A stretch of DNA of 64,000 nucleotides from positions 10,354 through 74,353 of the forward strand of contig JACZJC010000035.1 in NCBI GenBank assembly GCA_014860745.1. The letters are read 5' to 3'. The DNA is from Anaerolineales bacterium (GTDB taxonomy: Bacteria > Chloroflexota > Anaerolineae > Anaerolineales > Villigracilaceae). Under the pieces are notes generated by a model, which was given only the letters and a program-made list of their open reading frames with translations, ran no database searches and was not told the origin of the DNA. The translations under genes and the position numbers were made by a program. Each line of letters starts with the position of its first letter. Within the stretch, counting starts at the first letter, position 1. Shown one piece after another: positions 1 through 9,864 of the stretch.

Positions 1-233
1 CAAGTGTGGTGACTTCCATATTTGGAAATGCCAGTTTTGAGGTCCAGGAAGTGATGCGAATGTTGAAAGGCAAGGATGTGCGTCAGGCAAGGTCAGGTCA
101 AATTAGGACTGTGCCTTTTAGGGGAGATTTTCCTGAAAACCTTGAAAAAGAGATGAATTTGCTGCTTTTCAACCTTTGGAATGGCAATCTCGATACAAAT
201 ATTTCCCCGGAAAAACCATGACATTGTTAAGGC

Positions 234-262
234 TTGCACAAAGATTGGAGTAGATTTATACT
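234..262 (+). promoter_or_regulatory. sigma70-type promoter of the ABC transporter operon
   Basis: TTGCAC (234-239) - 17 bp - TATACT (257-262), about 70 nt upstream of the SD-preceded ATG at 334. Confidence 0.6.
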
Positions 263-333
263 TGAAAAGTCGTTCGGCTATGCTGATAAAAGCTAGCCTT
301 TCAAATCTTTACTCTTCTAGAGGAGAAGAAAAA

Positions 334-1380
334 ATGAAAAAGCTGTATTTTGTTATGGCCCTTTTGATCGTCGCTTCGATGATCCTTACGGCCTGCGGCG
401 CTGGTGCTCCATCCGCTGAAGACTGCACGAAGGAAGAAGTGTTCTGCGTTGGCCTCGTAACCGACGTGGGCAAGATCAATGACAAATCCTTCAACCAGTC
501 CGCATGGGAAGGTGTACAGAAGTCCCAGGCTGACGGCGTGGCTGATGTCGTTCAATTTATTGAAACAGCCGATGCCAAGGATTATGCGAAGAATATCGCC
601 CAGTTTGGCGATGCCGGCTACGATGTGATTGTAACCGTGGGCTTCGGTCTCGGTGAAGCAACCGACGCCGCCGCCGCGACCTACCCGAACGTCCGCTTCA
701 TCGGCGTGGATCAGTTCCAGGCTGAGACTGTTGCCGGCGTTTCCGGTTTGAACTTCCCTGAAGACAATGCCGGCTTCCTTGTTGGCGCGCTTGCCGCGGC
801 CATGTCCGAGAGCCACAAGATCGGCGCCGTCTGCGGTACCGATGTGGTTCCTCCCGTTTGGCGTTTTGGTGAAGGCTACAAAGCCGGTGCAGCGTATGCC
901 GATGGCATGAACGGCACAACCACCGAGGTCTTCGTTGTGTACCACAGCGATGTGGGCTTCGACAAGACCTTTACCGATCCTGAATGGGGCGCTCAGACCG
1001 CCAAGTCCATGATGGATCAGGGTGCGGATGCGATCTTCGGTTGTGGTGGTCTCACCGGTAACGGCGCTGTCACAGCCGCCGCCCAAGCTGGCGCCTATGG
1101 CATCGGCGTGGATACCGACCAGTACCTGACCCTGCCGGAAGCCGCTCCCCGTATGCTCTCCAGCGCGATGAAACTCATCACCCCCGGAGTTGCCGACCTG
1201 ATCGCCGCCACCAAAGACGGCTCGATTGCTGACGGCAACGTGTTCGGCGCTGCCGGCTACGCTCCCTTCCACGATCTTGACAGCGAAGTTCCCGCCGAAG
1301 TCAAGGCCATGATGGAAGAGATCAACACTGGCCTGCTTGATGGCTCCATCAAGACCAATGTTCCTCCCGTCAAGCCGTAA
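334..1380 (+). CDS. BMP family (PnrA/TmpC-like) ABC transporter substrate-binding lipoprotein, probably nucleoside
   Basis: Lipobox LTAC; motifs DKSFNQSAWEG, IGVDTDQ; GGAG SD before ATG 334 (ORF track start 181 is an upstream extension). Confidence 0.9.
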   Translation: MKKLYFVMALLIVASMILTACGAGAPSAEDCTKEEVFCVGLVTDVGKINDKSFNQSAWEGVQKSQADGVADVVQFIETADAKDYAKNIAQFGDAGYDVIVTVGFGLGEATDAAAATYPNVRFIGVDQFQAETVAGVSGLNFPEDNAGFLVGALAAAMSESHKIGAVCGTDVVPPVWRFGEGYKAGAAYADGMNGTTTEVFVVYHSDVGFDKTFTDPEWGAQTAKSMMDQGADAIFGCGGLTGNGAVTAAAQAGAYGIGVDTDQYLTLPEAAPRMLSSAMKLITPGVADLIAATKDGSIADGNVFGAAGYAPFHDLDSEVPAEVKAMMEEINTGLLDGSIKTNVPPVKP

Positions 1381-1394
1381 GTTTTTCACGATGT

Positions 1395-1433
1395 AAAAAA
1401 AGGGAAAGAGGCGCAAGTCTCTTTCCCTTTTTT
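1395..1433 (+). terminator. Intrinsic (bidirectional) terminator
   Basis: aaaaaaagggaaagag-gcgcaagt-ctctttccctttttt stem-loop with A and T tracts directly after the stop codon. Confidence 0.8.
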
Positions 1434-1476
1434 GTTTGGTTTAAAATGGTTTTGAGGGGTTCCCAAGCGGCTTGTT

Positions 1477-1485
1477 TGATATAAT
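1477..1485 (+). promoter_or_regulatory. Extended -10 promoter for the permease genes
   Basis: TGATATAAT (TGn-TATAAT) about 35 nt upstream of ATG 1520. Confidence 0.45.
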
Positions 1486-1519
1486 TATCCTACAATTCAA
1501 AGTTCCACTGGAGCGAAGG

Positions 1520-2647
1520 ATGCAATCAGAAAAGCAGTCAAATTCGCTGACACGACAAGTAATCCAATCGATATCAGACGCCAGCCTGGTTCCCTTTTTG
1601 GCAATTCTGACGGCGGTGGTCGTTGGCGGCGTTATCATCGCATTTGTAGGAGGGGATCCCCTCCTTGCTTACCGGGGATTGATCCAAGGCTCGTTCGGCT
1701 CGACGAAAGCCTTGAGTGAAACCGCTGTTTGGGCGACACCATACATTTTTGCCGGGCTGGCGGTTGCGCTGGCGTTCAAAGGCGGCCTGTTCAATATTGG
1801 CGCTGAAGGCCAGCTGGCCGTCGGCGCTGTTGCTTCATCCCTGATCGGCTATGCCCTGCCGGAATGGCTTGGGTATGATTTGCCCGCCATCATTCACCTT
1901 CCTTTGGCAATTATCTTTGGCATTCTGATGGGCGGCTTGTGGGCCGGCATTGTTGGTTGGTTAAAAGCCTACACGGGCGGGCATGAAGTGATCAACACCA
2001 TTATGATGAATTACATTGCCCTGAATACAACCTCCTTCCTGTTGAACGGTGTGATGAAGGATCGAAGCCCGACAAACGTGATCGCTCGCACCCCGTTGAT
2101 CGCGGATAGTGCACGCATCCCGCCCCTTTTCGAGGGATTGCGCGTCCACTGGGGTTTTATTCTCGCTCTTCTGGTCGCCTTCCTGATCTGGTGGTTATTA
2201 AATAAAACGACGCTTGGCTTTCAGATCCGCACGGTGGGGTTGAATCCGGATGCCGCAAAATATGCCGGCATTAATGTAAAGCGGATCATCATCCTGACCA
2301 TGGTGCTTTCCGGTATGCTGGCAGGCATGGCGGGCACCATTGAAGTGACCGGTTTGAATTACCGCCACGAGCTTGGATTTTCGATTGGGTATGGGTACGA
2401 TGCAATTGCGATTGCCCTGCTTGGGAAGTCGCACCCACTCGGGGTTGTGCTGTCCGCCTTCCTGTTCGCAGCGATGCGTAACGGGGCAACCCGCATGCAG
2501 TTCCTTACCCAAATGCCCGTGGACTTGATCTCCATGCTGCAGGCTTTCATCCTGCTCTTCGTGGCAGCGGATGCGATTGTACGTTACATCTATCGCATAA
2601 AATCCAAAGGCGAGCGTGTCGTGCTGACCCGGGGCTGGGGAGGCTAG
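1520..2647 (+). CDS. ABC transporter permease (nucleoside/simple sugar, BPD_transp_2 type)
   Basis: Polytopic; GLFNIGAEGQ, EVINTIMMNY and G.NP.AAKYAGI motifs; GGAG before ATG 1520. Confidence 0.9.
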   Translation: MQSEKQSNSLTRQVIQSISDASLVPFLAILTAVVVGGVIIAFVGGDPLLAYRGLIQGSFGSTKALSETAVWATPYIFAGLAVALAFKGGLFNIGAEGQLAVGAVASSLIGYALPEWLGYDLPAIIHLPLAIIFGILMGGLWAGIVGWLKAYTGGHEVINTIMMNYIALNTTSFLLNGVMKDRSPTNVIARTPLIADSARIPPLFEGLRVHWGFILALLVAFLIWWLLNKTTLGFQIRTVGLNPDAAKYAGINVKRIIILTMVLSGMLAGMAGTIEVTGLNYRHELGFSIGYGYDAIAIALLGKSHPLGVVLSAFLFAAMRNGATRMQFLTQMPVDLISMLQAFILLFVAADAIVRYIYRIKSKGERVVLTRGWGG

Positions 2648-2655
2648 GAGAAAAA

Positions 2656-3768
2656 ATGGACTGGAAACGTTTCGGCTTTATTGCCCTGATTATTATCGTC
2701 CTCTTTGGCACCGTTGTGATGATCGGACAGGTTAAACAGCCGCCCATCCTGATCATTACAAGCATGCTCGCCACCACCATTGCAGTCGCCACCCCGTTGA
2801 CGTTGGGCGCGCTTTCCGGCGTCTATTGCGAACGGGCGGGTGTGGTCAATATCGGCATTGAAGGCATGATGCTCACAGCAGCGTTCTTTGGCTGGCTGGG
2901 TGCAATTTACATGTTCAACGTTTTTGGAAGGGACGCCGGCCTCAGCATTGCCCTCGGCGTATTTTTTGCCATCCTTTCCGGTTTGTTGATGGCTCTGCTT
3001 CATGCGGTGCTTTCGATCACCTTCAAAGTGGACCAGATCATCGGCGGGACTGTGATCAATATCCTCGCGGTCGGGCTGACCGGCTTCCTGAACCGTCAAT
3101 TGTTCTTTGGCAAAGGCAGTGTCTTCGGTGGCTCTGTTCCAGGTTCTCCCGGTGTTTTGCCCACCATTCACATCCCTCTTACTGAGATTTTCACTCCGAT
3201 TTGCGGCGCGTCCGCTTCCTGCCTCCAAAACCTCATCGCCATCAATCGCGTGTTCGACCAAAAACCGATCGCGATCAGTGCCATTCTGCTTGTGTTCTTC
3301 TCTCATTATGTATTGTTCAATACCCGCTGGGGGTTACGCACCCGTGCCGTGGGAGAACATCCCAAAGCGGCAGATACGGTTGGCATCAATGTCGTTAAAA
3401 TGCGTTATTTGAATGTACTTATCGGCGGTATGTTTGCCGGTTTGGCTGGCGCATATTTCACCATAGAATCTGTCCCCTCCTTTGAACCCCTGCTTACGAA
3501 TGGTCGCGGGTTCATATCGCTCGCTGCAATGATTTTCGGAAACTGGACACCCATCGGTGCATGGGCAGCCTCGCTTGTTTTCGGCGCATCGCAGGCATTG
3601 TTGATCAATATGCAAATCTTCCGCGATGTCATCCCCCCGCAATGGTCCTTCCTCCAGGAATCCTATATCGTGGGGCTTACACCGTATATTCTCACCATGT
3701 TCATCCTGACGGGCATTATCGGCAAGACCACGCCGCCTGCTGCTGATGGTGTTCCTTACGAGAAATAG
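2656..3768 (+). CDS. ABC transporter permease (second subunit)
   Basis: ERAGVVNIGIEGMM, RAVGEHP.AADTVGI and GRGFISLAAMIFG motifs. Confidence 0.9.
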   Translation: MDWKRFGFIALIIIVLFGTVVMIGQVKQPPILIITSMLATTIAVATPLTLGALSGVYCERAGVVNIGIEGMMLTAAFFGWLGAIYMFNVFGRDAGLSIALGVFFAILSGLLMALLHAVLSITFKVDQIIGGTVINILAVGLTGFLNRQLFFGKGSVFGGSVPGSPGVLPTIHIPLTEIFTPICGASASCLQNLIAINRVFDQKPIAISAILLVFFSHYVLFNTRWGLRTRAVGEHPKAADTVGINVVKMRYLNVLIGGMFAGLAGAYFTIESVPSFEPLLTNGRGFISLAAMIFGNWTPIGAWAASLVFGASQALLINMQIFRDVIPPQWSFLQESYIVGLTPYILTMFILTGIIGKTTPPAADGVPYEK

Positions 3769-3777
3769 GAGGCGGAC

Positions 3778-5307
3778 ATGACGGAAGCAAATATCGTTTT
3801 GGAAGCAAAAAATATCACCAAGCAATTTCCCGGCGTTCTCGCCAACGACAGGGTCAACTTTGATCTGCGAAAAGGCGAAATCCATGCCCTGCTCGGAGAA
3901 AACGGCGCCGGCAAAAGCACATTGATGAATCTGATCTATGGTTTGCATCTTCCGGATAAGGGCGAGATTTTCGTCAACGGAAAGCCGATTGAGATCAAAT
4001 CTCCCAACGACTCCATCGCGGCTGGCATTGGCATGGTTCACCAGCACTTCATGCTCATCCCCGTCTTTACCGTGGCGGAAAACGTCATGCTTGGCGATGA
4101 AGTAACAAAACGCGGCTCTTTGGACCGTGCCACGGTAGCCGCAAAGATCAATGAAATTTCGAAACAGTACGGTCTCGATGTAGACCCGAATGCGTTGGTC
4201 GGCGACCTGCCGGTAGGATTGCAACAGCGTGTTGAGATTGTTAAAACCCTCTATCGCAACGCAGAGATCGTCATTCTCGACGAGCCCACTGCCGTGCTCA
4301 CACCGCAGGAGGCTGAAGACCTTTTCCGCATCATGCACGACCTGACCGCGCGCGGCGTCTCAATCATTTTCATCACCCACAAACTAAAAGAGGTCCTCGC
4401 CGTCGCAGACCGCATCACCGTCATGCGCGCAGGACATGTTGTCAATACAGTTCCCCCATCGGAAACGAACGAAGCCCAATTAGCTAACATGATGGTGGGG
4501 CGTCAGGTCATCCTGACGGTCGAAAAGAAAGACCACCAAGCTAGTGGGGACATCCTCAAAGTGGAAAACCTCTTCGTGCGGGACCAGCGCGGCTTGGAGA
4601 CGATCCACAACGTTTCCTTCACCGTTCGTGGCGGCGAGATCCTCGGGATTGCAGGCGTACAAGGCAACGGGCAGACTGAACTCTCGGAAGCCATTACCGG
4701 CCTACGGGCAGTTCAAAGCGGAAAAGTGTTAATTGATGAACAAGACCTCACTGACAAATCGCCGCGCTTTATGACAGCGGCCGGACTTGCCCACATCCCC
4801 GAAGACCGCCAGCGGCATGGGCTTGTCCTCTCCTATAGTGTGGCTGATAATATGGCGCTTTGCGATTACTACCGCCCACCCTTCAGCAACCGCGGTGTGA
4901 TTCAACAAAAAGCGCTCGACGAAAATGCGCGCAACCTTATCAGTGCCTTCGATGTCCGCACTCCATCTCCTTTTGTAAACGCGGGGAAACTCTCCGGCGG
5001 CAACCAGCAAAAAGTGATTGTGGCGCGCGAGCTAAGCCGCGAAAATGTAAAACTCGTCATAGCGAATCAGCCCACCCGCGGCCTCGATGTGGGCTCGATT
5101 GAATACATCCACAGCGAGATCATCAAAATGCGCGACCGCGGCGTGGCCGTCCTGCTCATCTCCGCCGAACTTGACGAGATCATGGCGCTCTCCGACCGCA
5201 TTGTCGTCATGTATCGCGGCCAGATCGTCGCCACCGTGGAAACAAAGCAAGCCACCCGCGAACAACTCGGATTATGGATGGCGGGGGCACACGTCGAAAC
5301 AGCGTAG
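3778..5307 (+). CDS. ABC transporter ATP-binding protein with tandem ABC domains (carbohydrate/nucleoside importer)
   Basis: Walker A GENGAGKST, ILDEPT, signature LSGGNQQK, NQPTRGLDVG. Confidence 0.92.
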   Translation: MTEANIVLEAKNITKQFPGVLANDRVNFDLRKGEIHALLGENGAGKSTLMNLIYGLHLPDKGEIFVNGKPIEIKSPNDSIAAGIGMVHQHFMLIPVFTVAENVMLGDEVTKRGSLDRATVAAKINEISKQYGLDVDPNALVGDLPVGLQQRVEIVKTLYRNAEIVILDEPTAVLTPQEAEDLFRIMHDLTARGVSIIFITHKLKEVLAVADRITVMRAGHVVNTVPPSETNEAQLANMMVGRQVILTVEKKDHQASGDILKVENLFVRDQRGLETIHNVSFTVRGGEILGIAGVQGNGQTELSEAITGLRAVQSGKVLIDEQDLTDKSPRFMTAAGLAHIPEDRQRHGLVLSYSVADNMALCDYYRPPFSNRGVIQQKALDENARNLISAFDVRTPSPFVNAGKLSGGNQQKVIVARELSRENVKLVIANQPTRGLDVGSIEYIHSEIIKMRDRGVAVLLISAELDEIMALSDRIVVMYRGQIVATVETKQATREQLGLWMAGAHVETA

Positions 5308-5483
5308 CAAAAAAGCCGTTTCCGGGCGACCCGCTCCGGGCGCGGTTCGAGGCGGCGCTCGAAATTGATTCACCCAAACAGGAGTTTCCGCAACTCCTGT
5401 TTTTGATTCAGGCAGGAAATGCAGGGGATATAGCCGGTCTTAATCTTGCGGTAAAATCATCCCGCTATAAGGAGAAGAATTCC

Positions 5484-6599
5484 ATGAACAATCAAAGCCG
5501 CTTATTCAACCTGATTTTTGTGATGACCCTGTTACTTGGCGCCTGCAATCTGCCCTCCGCCAGCCAGGGTGAAGGCGCAAGCCTCACTGCCGCCGCCCAA
5601 ACTGTGGAAGTTTTGCTCAGCGCCACACCGGCAATTACCAGCACCAATACCCCGCTGCCAGGGCCGACCACGGCTACAAACACTCCTCCGCCATTACTCA
5701 CGAATACGCCGGCGGCAACCGCCACAACAAATTGTAATTTGGCTGAGTTCCGGGGCGATATCACCATCCCGGATGGAACCATCCTGACACCCAACCAGGC
5801 TTTCACCAAGAAGTGGCGCATTAAAAATATCGGCTCTTGTGCATGGAATGGCTACCTGCTTGTATTCGATAGCGGTGATTCCATGAGCGGCCCTGCTTCA
5901 AAAGCGATTGCTGCTGTAAACCCTGGGCAAGAAGTTGACCTCGAAGTAAACCTTACCGCCCCCGCCACGGCCGGCAACTACAAAGGCTACTGGCGAATTG
6001 TCACGAACGGAAATGTGCTTGTCCCGGTGGTGAACGGCCATCAGGGCAAATCCTTTTTTGTGGATATAAAAGTTCAGGCCCCGGCAACGGCCACAAATAC
6101 CCTGCCTCCCGCAATAGCCCAAATAGTTCTCAATGCTGTTGCCAGTGAAAGCGGAACGCTTTATGAACCAGCCGCCGGAGTCCCAAGTACGATCCTGGCG
6201 GGCGATACTTCCAGCAACGATATTGCCCGGGGGTATATGAGCTTCGATATATCCAGCCTGATCGGTAAAACCGTACAAAGCGCATCCCTGGCGCTGGGTA
6301 GTTGCTCCACCATGCAAAATCCGTTTACAAGCCTCTCGGGCATTTGGGTCGGCGAAGTGCAATACCCCTTGCCATTGGACCAGGCTGATTACAATATTGC
6401 TGGTACTGGCATTGTGAACTTGAATGCCATTCCCGCCCCAATCGACGTTAAGACGTATGTGCAGACTCGTATCTCCGAAGGAAAATCACGCTTCCAGATC
6501 CGTCTCCACCCAGCCGGTCCTTCAGACATGGATGGGCAGGCTGACTATATTTCATGCAATGCAGGTTCTGTAACTCTGACGATTACCTATAATCCGTAA
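5484..6599 (+). CDS. Lipoprotein with NBR1-Ig-like (FW) domain and C-terminal beta-sandwich (DNRLRE-like) domain
   Basis: Lipobox LLGAC, T/P-rich linker, FW motif TIPDG..FTKKWRIKNIGSCAW..PGQEV..GNYKGYW; C-terminal RGYMSFDISSL; AAGGAG SD before ATG 5484. Confidence 0.75.
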   Translation: MNNQSRLFNLIFVMTLLLGACNLPSASQGEGASLTAAAQTVEVLLSATPAITSTNTPLPGPTTATNTPPPLLTNTPAATATTNCNLAEFRGDITIPDGTILTPNQAFTKKWRIKNIGSCAWNGYLLVFDSGDSMSGPASKAIAAVNPGQEVDLEVNLTAPATAGNYKGYWRIVTNGNVLVPVVNGHQGKSFFVDIKVQAPATATNTLPPAIAQIVLNAVASESGTLYEPAAGVPSTILAGDTSSNDIARGYMSFDISSLIGKTVQSASLALGSCSTMQNPFTSLSGIWVGEVQYPLPLDQADYNIAGTGIVNLNAIPAPIDVKTYVQTRISEGKSRFQIRLHPAGPSDMDGQADYISCNAGSVTLTITYNP

Positions 6600-6611
6600 A
6601 TTACCCCCCAC

Positions 6612-6649
6612 TAAATGAGAACGCCCGATTCTTCGGGCGTTCTCATTTA
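6612..6649. terminator. Perfect 17-bp stem-loop (terminator-like)
   Basis: taaatgagaacgcccga-ttct-tcgggcgttctcattta. Confidence 0.7.
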
Positions 6650-6685
6650 ACAGTATAATCATTTCCTGTACATGAAAGGAAAAAA

Positions 6686-7648
6686 ATGAATCGATCCATA
6701 AAATATTTACTAATCACCATCCCCGTCATAACATCCCTGCTGATTACATCCTGTGGCGCAGAAACACCCACACAGGATCCAACCATCATCATCCAAACTT
6801 CCGTGGCCGAGACTGTTGCAGCGCAGAACGCGCTCGAACTCCAAAATACCGAGACCCCATCCGCGCCGGCCATTCCCACCAAAACACCCTTTCAGGCATT
6901 AACGCCCTTTACGCCGCCGGCGGCAACCCACACCCCAGCCGGACCTTCCAGTTCATCCAAAGCCGATTGTGCAAAAGCAAGCCTCGTGAGCGAAACCATT
7001 GTGGACGGCACGATCTTCAAACCCGGTGAACAATTCACAAAGACCTGGGAAATTACCAATATCAGTACCTGTGTCTGGGATACCAGCTATAAGATCGTCT
7101 TCTGGGATGGGAATCTCCTGGGCGGCGGTTATGTGTACAACATGCCGCAGGTCACCGGTCCCGGACAGACGGTGCCGGTCTCTCTCATATTAACCGCTCC
7201 ATTGGATGACGGCTATTACCGCTCCGAATGGAAACTGCAAACTCCAGACAATATTAATTACGGCGTTGGATATTTAAATGCCGCCTTCTACACGGAGATC
7301 GAAGTTTCCTCCGCTGAAAAACCCAATTACACTGTCACAAAAGTGGATCTGTATATCGACCGCGAACCGGATTTCGGCTGCGCACCGGCCAACATTATCT
7401 ACACGGCCTACGCCACCTTCACCACCAACGGTCCCCTCGAATTCATCTACCGCTGGGGCCAGCAGGATAGCAACAATGGCGGACCGCAAACCATCAAGAT
7501 GAAATCTGCAGGGACAAAGACGGTAACGCGTGTCTGGAAGTTGGGACGCGCCGCCTCCCAAAACTCAAACCGCTGGTTTTCGATCACGATCCTGGATCCC
7601 TTCTACAGGGAATATCCCCAGGTCGGGTTTACCTTCGTGTGTCCGTAA
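6686..7648 (+). CDS. Lipoprotein with NBR1-Ig-like (FW) domain plus C-terminal Ig-like domain
   Basis: Lipobox LITSC, T/P-rich linker, FW motif DGTIFKPGEQFTKTWEITNISTCVW..YRSEWKL. Confidence 0.75.
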   Translation: MNRSIKYLLITIPVITSLLITSCGAETPTQDPTIIIQTSVAETVAAQNALELQNTETPSAPAIPTKTPFQALTPFTPPAATHTPAGPSSSSKADCAKASLVSETIVDGTIFKPGEQFTKTWEITNISTCVWDTSYKIVFWDGNLLGGGYVYNMPQVTGPGQTVPVSLILTAPLDDGYYRSEWKLQTPDNINYGVGYLNAAFYTEIEVSSAEKPNYTVTKVDLYIDREPDFGCAPANIIYTAYATFTTNGPLEFIYRWGQQDSNNGGPQTIKMKSAGTKTVTRVWKLGRAASQNSNRWFSITILDPFYREYPQVGFTFVCP

Positions 7649-7656
7649 AATAGCAC

Positions 7657-7694
7657 ATAAAAAATGGAGCCAGCGCGCTGGCTCCATTTTTTAT
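7657..7694. terminator. Perfect 38-bp palindrome, bidirectional terminator-like
   Basis: ataaaaaatggagccagcg|cgctggctccattttttat. Confidence 0.75.
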
Positions 7695-7754
7695 TCGGGA
7701 ACTTTCCCCTCTTCCGCTCGTCTTTAATTATTGGAATATGCAGACGGAGGAACC

Positions 7755-9014
7755 ATGTCACCCAAAAAATCAACCGTACTTCTCTCAATCGCCATTGTGC
7801 TGGCCGTTCAACTGGCATGCAATGTGCCGGGCAGTTCGCCGACGCCGGATACCTTTGCCACTTTAAACGGACTCTACACCGCCTCAGCCCAGACCCTCGA
7901 AGCTGCCGGCACGCAAACAGGCTTTACTGCCACCCCGGGCCTGCCGCTGCCAACCGCCACTGTGGGCGGGTTTCTTTCAGCGACGAACACACCCGCTTCC
8001 GGCGGACCAGTTCCGGCCCGGTGTGATGCGGCGCAATTCCTGGGAGATGTCACCTACCCGGATGGAAGTATCGTTCCCCGCAACAATACCTTCATCAAAA
8101 TCTGGCGCATCAAAAATATCGGCACTTGCTCGTGGACGACATCTTATGCGCTCGTCTTCACCGGCGGTGATTCCCTGGGCGGCCCTTCGGCTGTGGCTAT
8201 GCCAGGCACGGTACCCCCCGGCCAGTATATTGAAATCCCTGTCACATTTACCGCGCCAAACAAAGACGGAAGTTACCGGGGTTATTGGAAGTTACGCAAT
8301 GTTTCCGGAGCTTTGTTTGGAATCGGAGCGCAGGCAGATACCGCCTTTTGGGTGGATATTAAAGTGACGGGACCCTCTTTCGTGGCCTATGAGTTTGCGG
8401 ACAATTTCTGCAAAGCGGATTGGGCAAACGCCAACAACTCGCTTCCCTGCCCCGGCACGGACGGCGACTCGAAAGGTTTCGTGCTCAAACTCAATGCCCC
8501 CAAAATGGAGAACGGTATTACCGAAGACGAACCCGGCCTGCTTACCTTCCCGCAGGATAAGAACAACGGCATCATCAGCGGTCAATTTCCCGCCTTCACG
8601 GTGCAATCCGGGGATCGCTTCCGCACCATCGTTAATTGCCAATTCAATGCTACGAAATGCGACGTGGTCTTCCGCCTCGATTATCGGAACAATGGTCAGG
8701 TGAAAACGCTCGCGAGCTGGCATGAAGTGTACGAAGGCAAATACTACCCCGTTGACCTGGACTTAAGCAGGCTGGCTGGGGAAACCGTAAAGTTCATCCT
8801 TGTGGTCACCGCAAACGGCGGCAACAACGGCGATTACGCCATCTGGCTTAACCCGCACATCGTCCGCCAGGGCAACCCGCCCGCCACCCATACTCCGTCG
8901 CTCACCCCAACCCTTACCCTGACTCCGACTGCAACGCTGACGCCAACGACAACCTCCACACCCACTGCTACATCCACCGAAACGCCCACGCCGACAAGTA
9001 CACCCACTCCTTAG
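7755..9014 (+). CDS. Lipoprotein with NBR1-Ig-like (FW) domain, second beta-sandwich (NPCBM-like) domain and T/P tail
   Basis: Lipobox QLAC; DVTYPDG..FIKIWRIKNIGTCSW..YRGYWKL; C-terminal TPTLTLTPTAT tail; GGAGG SD before ATG 7755. Confidence 0.75.
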   Translation: MSPKKSTVLLSIAIVLAVQLACNVPGSSPTPDTFATLNGLYTASAQTLEAAGTQTGFTATPGLPLPTATVGGFLSATNTPASGGPVPARCDAAQFLGDVTYPDGSIVPRNNTFIKIWRIKNIGTCSWTTSYALVFTGGDSLGGPSAVAMPGTVPPGQYIEIPVTFTAPNKDGSYRGYWKLRNVSGALFGIGAQADTAFWVDIKVTGPSFVAYEFADNFCKADWANANNSLPCPGTDGDSKGFVLKLNAPKMENGITEDEPGLLTFPQDKNNGIISGQFPAFTVQSGDRFRTIVNCQFNATKCDVVFRLDYRNNGQVKTLASWHEVYEGKYYPVDLDLSRLAGETVKFILVVTANGGNNGDYAIWLNPHIVRQGNPPATHTPSLTPTLTLTPTATLTPTTTSTPTATSTETPTPTSTPTP

Positions 9015-9031
9015 GTGCGTTATATAATGCC

Positions 9032-9069
9032 CGCGGTCACAAATTGCGGTAGCGCAATTTGTGACCGCG
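9032..9069. repeat. Perfect 17-bp stem-loop with GTAG loop and no U-tract
   Basis: cgcggtcacaaattgcg-gtag-cgcaatttgtgaccgcg; flanked by TATAAT at 9023-9028 and 9075-9080. Confidence 0.7.
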
Positions 9070-9109
9070 ACGGGTATAATAAAGATAACCATTTTTGGAG
9101 GCTATGAAT

Positions 9110-9853
9110 ATGATTTCTCGCAAGTCCATCTGGCTGGTAGGGACTCTATTACTGACCGTAGTTCTGAGTTCATGCAACATGGGAGCGACTCCTCCGCCCA
9201 CCCAGGATGTTGGCGCAATCCAAACGCAGGCTTTCAGCATTGTGATCACACAGGTTGCACTTGACCAGGCACAAACTGCGCAGGCTCTCCCTCCAACAGC
9301 CCTGCCGACAAATACTCCGCAAGCCACTCCCACGCTTGGGTTAATCCCCACCGCTTCGATCTTTGGCACGAACACACCTTTTGCGTTTAACACCCAGCAG
9401 CCCGGCCTGACGCCTTTGGCATTACCCTCCACCGCGCCAACTGTGGGAGCTTATGCTACTATTCAAACATCCAATGGCTGTAACGACGGTTGGGGACCAA
9501 CAAAAGAATCTGATCCATATGATGGCAAGACCATCTTACGCGGCATGGAAACCACAAAAAGCTGGGATATTTACAATTCAGGAACCTGCACCTGGGATGA
9601 AGGGTATTCCTTCACGTTCAGGCCGGAATTTTCCTCCAGCCCGGAAGGGGCGGCCATTGGCTACTATGGCAAGGATGAAGTTATCGGCAAAAACGGCGTT
9701 TTCACCAAGCCCGGAGAAACAAGAACCTTCACAATAAAATTCAAGGTGCCAAGTAAATTGGGTGAATATACGTGGGCTTTTAAACTAAAGGATGATGCAG
9801 GCAACCTTTTTGGCCCACTCGTATTCGTAAAGTTCATCTCCGTGGAACAATAA
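9110..9853 (+). CDS. Lipoprotein with divergent NBR1-Ig-like (FW) domain
   Basis: Lipobox VLSSC, T/P-rich linker, KSWDIYNSGTCTWDEGY..KPGET..GEYTW; GGAGG SD 8 nt before ATG 9110. Confidence 0.7.
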   Translation: MISRKSIWLVGTLLLTVVLSSCNMGATPPPTQDVGAIQTQAFSIVITQVALDQAQTAQALPPTALPTNTPQATPTLGLIPTASIFGTNTPFAFNTQQPGLTPLALPSTAPTVGAYATIQTSNGCNDGWGPTKESDPYDGKTILRGMETTKSWDIYNSGTCTWDEGYSFTFRPEFSSSPEGAAIGYYGKDEVIGKNGVFTKPGETRTFTIKFKVPSKLGEYTWAFKLKDDAGNLFGPLVFVKFISVEQ

Positions 9854-9864
9854 GAGAGGATCCA

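Noticed and set aside
6-221. 71-aa plus-strand ORF at the window start
   Set aside because: No recognisable motif or SD; overlaps the promoter region; probably spurious.
263-333. Possible purine riboswitch upstream of the BMP nucleoside-binding gene
   Set aside because: The leader is only about 65 nt and I see no purine-riboswitch three-way junction or conserved core.
301-1416. Long antisense ORFs (also 12983-13759, 18455-19495, 53430-54497 and others)
   Set aside because: Shadow frames opposite well-supported genes in GC-rich DNA; no family motifs.
8880-9010. Repetitive DNA at the end of the third lipoprotein gene
   Set aside because: Explained by a Thr/Pro-rich protein tail with varied codons, not a DNA repeat element.
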